From: a virus
DNA length: 64,000 bases
Direction: 5' to 3' (one strand)
Virus record (IMG/VR): IMGVR_UViG_3300045988_113959
Location: 31,643-95,642 of that record
Under the pieces are notes generated by a model that had not been told where the DNA came from, made no database searches, and worked only from the letters and a program-made list of their open reading frames with translations. Made by a program: the position numbers and the translations under genes. Numbering within the stretch: the stretch's first letter is position 1; each line of letters opens with the position of its first letter. This document shows positions 47,564-56,075 of this stretch, one piece after another.

Positions 47564-47811
47564 TTTTTATTCCTTTTTGAAATTATTTTTGATAAATTAA
47601 CGAATAAAAAAACGTTAATCCGATATAGCTGTAATATACAGCTTCCTAATTTTTATTTTTTGAACATTTCTGTGTCGAAGCATCTGAATGCTCTGGTTAA
47701 ACATAATTATAATGATTATCTATTTTCTTTAGATACGCTTTCAACTTGGCTATTTACACTTTTATTCCTTTAAATGAAGCTCAATCGTGTAAAGGGAATC
47801 CAACGGTAGGA

Positions 47812-48051
47812 TTAACTATGCCCATCAACAAATTGCTTTACAAAGCTTTGAATGTCATTATGCGTATTCAAACGCTTGTTTTTTGAATTTATATTCAATT
47901 TATTTTTAATTAAAATAATACATGAAGTATACTGTTTAACATCCGTCAAAGGCTCTGATACAGAGAGTTCCAGTGCTGAGATATTAATGTAAGTTTCCAT
48001 GTTTTTATACCAACGAAAAATTGCGTAATTCTTTATATTTTCCACATACAA
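47812..48051 (-). CDS. possible small protein (79 aa)
   Basis: The only minus-strand ORF inside the long ORF-free stretch. AT-rich like real genes here, but isolated. Confidence 0.3.
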   Translation of the reverse strand: MYVENIKNYAIFRWYKNMETYINISALELSVSEPLTDVKQYTSCIILIKNKLNINSKNKRLNTHNDIQSFVKQFVDGHS

Positions 48052-49853
48052 AAAACTACTCTGCCGCTTTTCTGGTCTTTGACCTTCTATTGTTAAATTA
48101 GGAATGTCAATTCATTCCTTCTTTTTTCAATATTATCACTAATATTACGGTTGTGAAGATAATCAATCCGTTTTGCTCTCTTGCTCCTCCCAAGAGCTCC
48201 ATAGTCAAGAGGTACGTGCGTGTGTACCTATACGCTTGGACTTCACGTTTCATTATCGAACAATCTCATCCTTCAGAGGGAATCACGGATTCTACGGTTG
48301 TTTCTACTCTTGGATTTTACTTCCTCATTTTTCTATCTCTTTCTTTCGTTGAGACGTGCATATCACTTGGGATTTCAACCCCACCATCTACCCTTGTCAC
48401 CCACAACATTCCTTTTTAATACATCGAGACAGGACGTATTAATGAGTCACTAACTCCCTATCCTTATTGCAAGGACGTACTTAAGTTCTGTTGCTGCCCA
48501 TCAGTTCAACGATGATAGCTCTATAGACTTGCTTACAATTGCTTTGTAGTTTTAAATAAACATCCTCGGCCACCTATTTGTATATATATACTTTCGGCAA
48601 CTCAGGCTTAGATGTTTATATTGCTATCTATTCTGCTTAATTAGTTTAAGTGTATTGGCACTCGAGTTTCCGACTTAGTTTCTTTTTTACAATAAAAGGG
48701 GTATACCTATCGGGGGACACTCATTTGTTATACATGTTAATTCTTTTCTCAAACTCTTTTTTCTTAATAACTATACAGTTTGTAAAACTTATACGCACAT
48801 ATGTTTTGTAGTTTACTACTCTACAGTGAGCTTTACGATTTTGTATAAGTGGTTACAAAATTATTAATACTTATAGCTTTTGAAGGTCGGCGAGTTTCTT
48901 CATTACCATTGGCAATATGGCATTGGAATCGTTCCTACCTCGTTTGAACATTGCTAGAGTCCCGCTAGCTCGGTTTCGACTGTCAAGTTGTCAACTGTAA
49001 GGATATAGGTTTTTTATGCCTGCTACCACAATACATTACTTATATTCCACGTGCAAATGGCTAATGTATTTCAAATCAGACTTTGTCCGCGGTCTCGTTT
49101 CGCGTAGTATTTCTACTTAAGGATTTGCTCCACCTTCTAGTCATTTTACTTTTATATCCCGCATAAACGACCAAAGCCTGGCGGTCACATTCATCGTAAA
49201 TCAAACTGCTACCCATTCCCTGTTCCCTAACTCATCGAAAAGGCTACCGAATCGAACGGTAAGGATTTTGTTCAGTTGTCGTAGTTACGGTACGACTCGT
49301 GAGTATTACTCTCACGATATTAATTACTCATGTATTTTTTCACTCCTTCATACTCTACTTTGGTTGTAGAGGAACACTAAGCTGCACTTTGTAAATTGAT
49401 ACTCATAGAGGAATTTGGCCTTGCCTTCATATAACCATACCATGTATTATATTCTTCGGGGTTTCTCTACTATGCTTCAACTCGTGTAACGTTCTTATAT
49501 ACAGTGTATCAGCTGTATATATTTCCGATACGGCACCTAGTTTAACGTGATTGGCAACTCACGAATTATGCGTCTTCTTATATATCCATCACCAGACGGT
49601 TCTCACTTCAATATAAATAGGGTTAGATACAACGCTCACCCTAATACAAATAGGCTTTTCACACCTAAATGTCTTCCACCCCGTCTTTTGCGTTTCTCAC
49701 CCTTTGAGAGGGCTAACATATCATAGGGTCTAGTTAATTTCGCTCAGAGGCTAATGAGACCTCTTATATGAGCTTAAACACCCGTTACACACACTAAGCG
49801 CAAAGCTTACAATGTGTGTAACTCCGATTATATACGGTTAGTGCACGGTCCTT
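48052..49853. other. 1.8-kb ORF-free, GC-enriched, hairpin-dense region (candidate large structured RNA locus; strand unresolved)
   Basis: No credible ORF exists on either strand, even with TAG allowed across 47988-48417 in the plus-strand frame I checked. A spot count gave 27/60 G+C in one 60-nt line (49181) against 21/60 in a coding line (45001). There are many perfect stems, for example the 10-bp gttacacaca/tgtgtgtaac at 49784-49822. Confidence 0.5.
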
Positions 49854-50207
49854 TTATATTGACTCTACTTTTGTAGAATCATGGGAGGTTTTCCAACTCC
49901 CAGAAGGAATTTTTAAACTAAAGGCAGGTAGATACGAAGTACCTTCTTTAGACTTAACACGAACCTTCGTTACGTATTTAAGTTTTGTTTTAACCACTTT
50001 AACCGTGTCTGTCTTTTTAACAAACACAGTATCCTTATCAGTTCTCTCTACACCTTTCGGTATATTTGAAATAGCTGGTAACATATTGTTACTAGCATTA
50101 ACCGACATAGTACTAACTAACGTCGGTGCAGGTTTATCATTTATTGCTACGCATACGCCAGCTATCGCGAATGCAATACTACAAATGATTGTAGTCGTTT
50201 TATTCAT
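49854..50207 (-). CDS. secreted or membrane-anchored protein (117 aa)
   Basis: N-terminal hydrophobic segment TTTIICSIAFAIAGVCVAI. Confidence 0.5.
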   Translation of the reverse strand: MNKTTTIICSIAFAIAGVCVAINDKPAPTLVSTMSVNASNNMLPAISNIPKGVERTDKDTVFVKKTDTVKVVKTKLKYVTKVRVKSKEGTSYLPAFSLKIPSGSWKTSHDSTKVESI

Positions 50208-50300
50208 ACTACTACACCTCCTCTTGTTCGTTTTTGAAAGCCTTGACAGCTTTTTTTATTCGGTTGTTAAAGTTACGAACTTTATCTTTAGCAACCTCGA

Positions 50301-51725
50301 TTAGTTTTTTTTAGGCTCCTCAGCTTGAGTTTCTTTAGATTCTTCCTTAGGAGTTTCCTTAGATTCCTCTTTAGACTCTTCTGTCTCTTCAATTTCTTGA
50401 AGCTCAGGAACGTCTCCTTGAGTATAACCTATAATTTTAGCGAGTGGGTCACGAAACATATTTGTGATTACTCCAGCTTGTTTAATCATATTCTGATTAA
50501 CACTAGATATAGTATATTTAGTTAAATCTAAACCAAAATATAAGCTGTCCAAGAGCGACTTGTACATCTTACAGGCACCCATGTCTTTTTGACCTTTCTT
50601 CTCGAGAAGAGTTTCAATAGGTTCAATACTTGGCTCTATTACGAACTTAGCAACTGAATTATGATGCTCTATATTCTTCTTAAGAACTTCAATTCGCTTG
50701 TTTTGCTCTTCAATAGCTTTTTCGTTCTTCTTTTTGTCTTTACTGAGAACTTTTATATTCTCCTTAATAGACTCAATTCCTTTTTTAGTCTCATCAACCT
50801 TTAGGTCAATAGCCCATAATATTAGTTCACGAACAATGTCGGCTATGAACTCGTTTTCCATATCGCACTTTCCAGTCTTTCTATCTGTAACAGTGTTACG
50901 TAAATGACAGAAAGCAGATACTGGTGACTTAGTTGCAGCTGTTGCTGAGTACAGGAAATTACCTATTCCTGTTACTACGATAGGGGCTTTACCTACTAGC
51001 TTTATTAGCTTATTCAACAATTGAATACGCGTCATTCCTTTTGTTGAATCCTTTTCCTGTTTTTCAAGGAAAGCTGAATAGATGCTAATTGCCTTTTGGA
51101 TATTGACAATGTAATCTTTTCTCTGTGACAGAAGATAAACTAACACAGTTCTCAACTCATCTTCAGAGTTAATTTTGTTAATATCCATCTCTGGAGTATT
51201 CTCCAAAGTCTTCTTTTCTTCCTTTAGCTGCTTCTTAACTTCTGTAGGGACTTTAACATCCTTATCTGTAATTGTAACATTACCTTTTTCGTCTGGAGCA
51301 GGAAGAGCTTTCATATTGATGGTAACACCAATAAGCTTAGCTGCTGTAGAAATCTTCTCCAAGACAGCTGGACGCATTGTTCGACTGAATGGATTTTCAC
51401 CTAAAGCTACTTCTTGAGCTAATGCTGTAACCAAACCGATGGCTGTACATTGATTAATACCTTCTACAGCTTCTGGTGTCATATTATAACGCTTTGCTGC
51501 TTCAGGGTCATCATGAAAGACCTTTGTTAGAGATGTTAGCAAATCTACTCTACGGTTAGGGTCTAACCCTCGTCCATATTGATTCGCGTTCAATGTTTTC
51601 TCAAAAATCTTTGCAGATTCTTCTGCTGATATAACTTCAGCATTTTCTACTTTAGGAGCTTCTGTTTTAGGAGCTTCTACCTTTGGTGCCTCAACTTGAG
51701 GCTTTATTTTATTATTCTTCTTCAT
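50301..51725 (-). CDS. hypothetical protein (474 aa) with N-terminal EAPK repeats and a C-terminal KEESKET-type repeat tail
   Basis: Tracked ORF. PQVEAPKVEAPKTEAPKVE lies at the N-terminus and EETEESKEESKETPKEESKETQAEEPKK at the C-terminus. Confidence 0.6.
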   Translation of the reverse strand: MKKNNKIKPQVEAPKVEAPKTEAPKVENAEVISAEESAKIFEKTLNANQYGRGLDPNRRVDLLTSLTKVFHDDPEAAKRYNMTPEAVEGINQCTAIGLVTALAQEVALGENPFSRTMRPAVLEKISTAAKLIGVTINMKALPAPDEKGNVTITDKDVKVPTEVKKQLKEEKKTLENTPEMDINKINSEDELRTVLVYLLSQRKDYIVNIQKAISIYSAFLEKQEKDSTKGMTRIQLLNKLIKLVGKAPIVVTGIGNFLYSATAATKSPVSAFCHLRNTVTDRKTGKCDMENEFIADIVRELILWAIDLKVDETKKGIESIKENIKVLSKDKKKNEKAIEEQNKRIEVLKKNIEHHNSVAKFVIEPSIEPIETLLEKKGQKDMGACKMYKSLLDSLYFGLDLTKYTISSVNQNMIKQAGVITNMFRDPLAKIIGYTQGDVPELQEIEETEESKEESKETPKEESKETQAEEPKKN

Positions 51726-51795
51726 TTTTGATAAATGTTTTTAAAGTTATTATTTTATAAAATTTTAGTTACTAATTTGGGTTATTGATATTCTG

Positions 51796-52194
51796 TCAAG
51801 AGTCATCAAAATAATCTGTACTCTGTGGTGGTTTAATCATCTTTATTACAATATCGTCTAACCCACTATAGCTACTATTTTCGATAGAATTACATAAACT
51901 GCATAATGTGCCTTTACCCACAGGTTTTGTGTCATACAACACTTGGGTTCCTGCAAGAGCATAGTCTGCCAAAAGGAATATTCCTGACTTGCTTGCAGGA
52001 GCCTGTGTGAGGCTTACGCAGCTTACCTTTTCTACCTTTTTACCTTTTTCAAGCACAGCTTTAATAGCTACACTTGTTATTGCGAAACTACTAATAAATG
52101 AAATTAGCAGAATCCAAAACAGTTTATTGCTCTCATTATATCTTCCAATACAGAAGATGATAAAAAGACCAATTAGGAATAAAAGTAAGCTCAT
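51796..52194 (-). CDS. membrane protein (132 aa, two N-terminal helices)
   Basis: LLLFLIGLFIIFCIG and LFWILLISFISSFAITSVAI. Confidence 0.5.
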   Translation of the reverse strand: MSLLLFLIGLFIIFCIGRYNESNKLFWILLISFISSFAITSVAIKAVLEKGKKVEKVSCVSLTQAPASKSGIFLLADYALAGTQVLYDTKPVGKGTLCSLCNSIENSSYSGLDDIVIKMIKPPQSTDYFDDS

Positions 52195-52197
52195 TTT

Positions 52198-52770
52198 TTA
52201 AGAATTTTTAATTAATTTCTTTTTAATTTTCTCTCTAGTTCTCGATAAGATTGATTTAATCGTTCCTGTCGGAATGTTGAGAGATTCACTAATCTGAACA
52301 ACAGTCATATTATTTACATAAAAAAGTTCAAGAATCTGCTTCATATGAGCAGGAAATTTCTTAAATTCTTCGATGACTCTTTCGTACTCAAGTCGATTGA
52401 CTAAATCAACTTCGTCGGAAGATATAGAAGACGCAAGCGATAGTCGTTCACTCATATCTCCTACAGGTTTCGCTTTGTTTTTTATACTTCGTAAATAATC
52501 AATTGCCGTTCTTTGAGTTAAAATTCTTAACCAACCCCCGAAAGAGTCGAAATCTAAGAATTGCGAGAGGTTATTATAAACTTTAAGGAAAACTATATTA
52601 GTTATATCCTTCGCTTCATCTAAGTCTTTAATATAATAGTATAAAATACCATCAACAAAAGACTTATAGCGATGAAAAAGTTTATTAAAGGCTAGTATAT
52701 TACCAGCCTTAGCGCTCTTGATAAGTTCCACCTCCTCGGGGGTAATACGTGGACTATTTATCATCATCAT
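52198..52770 (-). CDS. ECF-type sigma-70 family RNA polymerase sigma factor
   Basis: Region 2-like F..LF.RY...V.....Y.....AKDITN.VFLKV and GGWLRILTQRTAIDYLR. Region 4 HTH is MTVVQISESLNIPTGTIKSILSRTREKI. Confidence 0.7.
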   Translation of the reverse strand: MMMINSPRITPEEVELIKSAKAGNILAFNKLFHRYKSFVDGILYYYIKDLDEAKDITNIVFLKVYNNLSQFLDFDSFGGWLRILTQRTAIDYLRSIKNKAKPVGDMSERLSLASSISSDEVDLVNRLEYERVIEEFKKFPAHMKQILELFYVNNMTVVQISESLNIPTGTIKSILSRTREKIKKKLIKNS

Positions 52771-52771
52771 A

Positions 52772-52794
52772 AAAGCTATTTATTAGCGTGTCAC
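52772..52794 (-). promoter_or_regulatory. partial promoter-like box (minus-strand ...ACGCTAATAAATAGCTTT)
   Basis: Abuts ATG 52770 of the sigma-factor gene, so the mRNA may be nearly leaderless. Confidence 0.35.
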
Positions 52795-52894
52795 TCGCAT
52801 TGAGGATATAGCTTGACCTCTGTGTGAATGTAGTTCCGACCAAAGAACTACACCCTTTAGATTTGTTAATCTATCTATGTGGAAAATAAATGTT

Positions 52895-53608
52895 CTAAAA
52901 AGGCAAATCTGAGGAAAACATCTCAAATCTAATATCTGTTATTTGTTTATTAATGGTAAATATTAAAAAGTTTTCAATATCTTCATCTAATTTACATCTT
53001 TTTATAAGACTATTTAAAATCTTAACTAAAATATCTATTCTGTAATACCCTAAAGATTTCATTTTGAGTATTATGTTTGTATCAGCCCATATTAATACAT
53101 TTTTAAGACCAATATGGCCTTTTATTAATTCATATAGGTCATATGGTAAGAATATAAAATTATCACCATAATGACCTTTACGCTGTTCTCCATCGTAAAC
53201 GATTAAACCTTTTTGGACTAATTTAACTCTAGCAGTATCTTTATATGTTTCTTTTACACAATAATTTTTTTCAATTCCTTTTAATATATTCAATAAACTT
53301 CTCAGAATACAACAGCTAATATTTCTTAAAACTGTAGTATTTACATGTTTAATTCTTAGTATTTTATTATTATATTCTTTATATTTATCGCATATACTAT
53401 TTAAATTGTATTTTTTGTAATTTTCATTGAGTAAGAAATACTCAAATATATCACAAATCACGCGTTCTAAATCTCTATGTTTTTCAAATATATTTGGTTG
53501 TCCAACTTCATGATTAGGTAGTTGAACGTTAACTCTCCAAGATATACATTTCCCATTTAAATACTGATATATATAAAATCCGTTTTTATTTGCTGTTACA
53601 TAATCCAT
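52895..53608 (-). CDS. hypothetical protein (237 aa); stops at TAG
   Basis: Tracked ORF. The plus-strand cta at 52895-52897 is a TAG stop. Confidence 0.5.
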   Translation of the reverse strand: MDYVTANKNGFYIYQYLNGKCISWRVNVQLPNHEVGQPNIFEKHRDLERVICDIFEYFLLNENYKKYNLNSICDKYKEYNNKILRIKHVNTTVLRNISCCILRSLLNILKGIEKNYCVKETYKDTARVKLVQKGLIVYDGEQRKGHYGDNFIFLPYDLYELIKGHIGLKNVLIWADTNIILKMKSLGYYRIDILVKILNSLIKRCKLDEDIENFLIFTINKQITDIRFEMFSSDLPF

Positions 53609-54048
53609 TTTAAATTATTTACAAAAAAATTAGCTAACTCTAACGCTGTGTCTTTGTTAGTTGTTTTAACAAATATGGAATATAGTTCAGAAATAGTTTC
53701 TTCGCTACTCTTCCCCATCGAGAGATTAATCTTTCGTATATTATCTACATACGGAAGATAGTACTTAAACCAATCAACCCAACCAATAGTTGGCTTTAAG
53801 ATTAATTCATCATCCTTTGAGAGTAAATCCCAATCCAAACTCTTTTTATAATCAAACAGTTTATTTTTGTTAGAGATACCCAATATAATTCTAGTAGCAT
53901 TATATCTGTCTTCTTTATTAACATAGATATTTATCTGTTTATCATAAACTAAGTTCAACCATCTCTCTTTGGCTTTACACCATTTGAGAGCTAAATCTAC
54001 GTAGACAGGTATTCTGTCTCGTAGCATATTTTTGTAACCAGTATTCAT
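53596..54048 (-). CDS. hypothetical protein (150 aa)
   Basis: Tracked ORF, overlaps the downstream gene by 13 nt. Confidence 0.5.
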   Translation of the reverse strand: MNTGYKNMLRDRIPVYVDLALKWCKAKERWLNLVYDKQINIYVNKEDRYNATRIILGISNKNKLFDYKKSLDWDLLSKDDELILKPTIGWVDWFKYYLPYVDNIRKINLSMGKSSEETISELYSIFVKTTNKDTALELANFFVNNLKWIM

Positions 54049-54050
54049 AG

Positions 54051-54092
54051 TGAGTATGAGAGGAATCGAACCTCTTTGAGCCTACCATACTC
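54051..54092 (-). ncRNA. acceptor/T-arm minihelix at the 3' end of the tmRNA-like coding piece
   Basis: Reads GAGTATG-GTAGGCTCAA-AGAGG-TTCGATT-CCTCT-CATACTC-A, a self-contained 7-bp acceptor plus T-arm. Confidence 0.4.
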
Positions 54093-54253
54093 ATTCTAAA
54101 CCACTTTGGTAGGTTATCGCATCCACCTGACTTTTACTTACGCTACGCAAGTATAGTCTACAACATTAAAGTTGCCATTTAAATATACACAATATCCTTC
54201 CTAACTAAATAGGTGTATTTACTTCTGATATTAGTCAAACGCCAATCAGCCCC
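54093..54253 (-). ncRNA. ssrA: tmRNA-like gene, coding piece (5' acceptor strand, P2 strand, tag reading frame)
   Basis: Starts GGGGCTGATTGGCGTTTGAC-TAATATC, 18 nt downstream of the acceptor piece. GGGGCTG pairs with CAGCTCC, including G3:U70. TAATATC pairs with GATATTA (helix P2). The candidate tag GGC AAC ... GCG TAA spans 54176-54138 and reads GNFNVVDYTCVA. The 3' boundary is uncertain. Confidence 0.6.
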
Positions 54254-54271
54254 GTTGTTTATCTATTATTG

Positions 54272-54364
54272 TGGAGCTGACGGGAATCGAACCCGTGTCC
54301 TAATATCTTACCTAATACGGGATAAAGTTTCTTTATTAGGGGATGAGTGGAGTAGCGACCTCCA
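54272..54364 (-). ncRNA. ssrA: tmRNA-like gene, acceptor piece (T-arm plus 3' acceptor strand) of a circularly permuted ssrA
   Basis: The minus-strand 3' end is GATATTA-GGAC-ACGGG-TTCGATT-CCCGT-CAGCTCC-A, close to the universal tmRNA 3' end (E. coli GGACGCGGGTTCAACTCCCGCCAGCTCCACCA). A promoter-like box lies just upstream. The 5' boundary is uncertain. Confidence 0.6.
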
Positions 54365-54376
54365 AACATCCGTTTT

Positions 54377-54403
54377 AAGGCTATTTTAAAGCGTTTTAAG
54401 ACG
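54377..54403 (-). promoter_or_regulatory. promoter-like box (minus-strand CGTCTTAAAACGCTTTAAAATAGCCTT)
   Basis: Lies immediately upstream of the tmRNA-like acceptor piece. Confidence 0.45.
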
Positions 54404-54451
54404 ATTTAATCATCTTTGTGATTAGCTACTTCACTTAGACTCATAAAACCT

Positions 54452-54472
54452 CTTAAAACGCAAATAATAACC
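54452..54472 (+). promoter_or_regulatory. promoter-like box in plus orientation (CTTAAAACGCAAATAATAACC)
   Basis: Inverted partner of the 54377-54403 copy, about 48 nt away. Confidence 0.35.
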
Positions 54473-54809
54473 TTTATTTTAATATAAAACTATATAATGA
54501 CTCAAAGGTTCTATATACAGTTATTATGTATATATTCTTGATATGTTATGCAGTGTTCATAAATGAGAGCACCGACTCGATGGTTCGCACATAACAACTT
54601 TTTGAATATAACGTATAGTTTATTCTGCGTACGTTCACAGTTTTAGTTCCATTATGGCTCAAAGGCTCTCAATGGTAATGTTTATTCATTACAAAGGGTG
54701 TTTTCTCCAAGGTCCAATAAAAGGCACCCAACGCACATTTAAACTATCTGTCTCCCATCCACGTTGACTCGAAGGTTCTTGTGGCGAACTTTAGTATAGA
54801 ATCTGGGTA

Positions 54810-55262
54810 TTAATAATCCCAATCCCATCGGAAGTTGTTGCCAAAGTTGGCACGCAACTCATCAAGCTCGTTTGAGTATATGTTATCGTTCTTAGCGTTT
54901 TCTTCGTGGAACTTTCTCTTCAACTCAGCTCGCTTTTCGTTATACTCCTTAACAGTAAACTTCTTTGCAATTAAGCCATCGAGAAGCTCTTTTGACTCTA
55001 CTAATAGATTCTTAGTAGCTTTTTCCTCTCTACGACGTGAACGTAGTTTAATAAGACTCTTGTTGTTCTGATAAGTAGCACAGAGAATTGCAGCTTTCGC
55101 TTCTCTTTGTTGCTTCTCATCATTGTCATTTTCAATCTCTTCAAGAGCCTTAGCGATATTATCTTCTTTTAGAAGATTTCTCTCACGTATATTTATCATT
55201 ACGTTTTCGTCGTTAGTTGGCAACTCTACTTTCTTTGCTTGATTTTTTACTTCTTTTGTCAT
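54810..55262 (-). CDS. hypothetical coiled-coil protein (150 aa)
   Basis: Tracked ORF, rich in charged residues. Confidence 0.5.
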   Translation of the reverse strand: MTKEVKNQAKKVELPTNDENVMINIRERNLLKEDNIAKALEEIENDNDEKQQREAKAAILCATYQNNKSLIKLRSRRREEKATKNLLVESKELLDGLIAKKFTVKEYNEKRAELKRKFHEENAKNDNIYSNELDELRANFGNNFRWDWDY

Positions 55263-55275
55263 TTTTGATAAATTT

Positions 55276-55605
55276 TTAATTGTTAATTTTTATAACTTCT
55301 GATACAATATAATTTGTATCATGAATTATTTTAAAGTTACTCTCTTTTCCTTTAATACAATTTTCATCTCTTGGTGCTAAAAACTCTTTACACCTTGATA
55401 TTCGTATTAAAGCAGCTCTAGCTTCTAGAGCATCTTCCATATTGCCATAAGTAGCTCTAGAGCGTAGATTTTTTCTAGCTCCATTGCTATTACGAGTCCA
55501 AGTCTCTATAATAAATTTCATTTTTATTAATTTTGTTTTTTGAACGACTATACGGTTTAGCATTAATATGTCTAGCCTTTTCAATTCTGCCATTTTTCTC
55601 AACAA
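55276..55605 (-). CDS. hypothetical protein (up to 109 aa; start uncertain)
   Basis: Tracked ORF. An internal ATG at 55521 (MKFIIETW...) is an alternative start. Confidence 0.45.
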   Translation of the reverse strand: MLRKMAELKRLDILMLNRIVVQKTKLIKMKFIIETWTRNSNGARKNLRSRATYGNMEDALEARAALIRISRCKEFLAPRDENCIKGKESNFKIIHDTNYIVSEVIKINN

Positions 55606-55638
55606 ATTGGCTCATTCGTTCTTTTAACATAGCTTTTA

Positions 55639-56073
55639 TTATTTATTTATTAATTTTGCTACTAATTTTAGGACTCTCTCGACAGATGCTTTGTATTCGT
55701 AGTTTCTACGAATATTCATCGGAACAGGTTTATTGGAAATAATTTCCAACGCACTTTTAAGCTCTATTGGAAAATTTTCAATATCAGCTACCTTTTGGAG
55801 TATTAACTCTGGTTTACTCCATTCTAGTTTGAAAAATTCTTTCAAATAGATTAAAGCGTATTCAACGTCTGTCTTTTCGTGTTCTCCAGAATATTCTGGG
55901 AAAGATTCTTTCGACACGATTGTTTTAGCAATATCCTGTTCACTCATTATAATAACTTTTACGTTATTTGCTTGAACAGTATTACTACTACTTAACTGGC
56001 GCACTATCAGATTGAGGTCTGTGTTAGACGGTGTTATTCCATCATACAGAATAACAATAGCTCTCTTTTCCAT
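55639..56073 (-). CDS. hypothetical protein (144 aa)
   Basis: Tracked ORF. Its ATG lies 2 nt after the TAG stop of the upstream gene. Confidence 0.5.
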   Translation of the reverse strand: MEKRAIVILYDGITPSNTDLNLIVRQLSSSNTVQANNVKVIIMSEQDIAKTIVSKESFPEYSGEHEKTDVEYALIYLKEFFKLEWSKPELILQKVADIENFPIELKSALEIISNKPVPMNIRRNYEYKASVERVLKLVAKLINK

Positions 56074-56075
56074 AT

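Noticed and set aside
48153-48453. ORFs 48153..48419 and 48220..48453 as genes in the long ORF-free region
   Set aside because: The two overlap each other in different frames, translate to proline/serine/leucine-rich low complexity, and lie on the non-coding strand of this arm. They are more likely chance frames in GC-richer non-coding DNA.
47564-49853. Group I or group II intron, or a retron-like element, in the long non-coding region
   Set aside because: I recognised no flanking split exons, no reverse transcriptase, maturase or homing-endonuclease ORF, and no domain-V-like or GUGYG boundary. This cannot be excluded without covariance-model searches.
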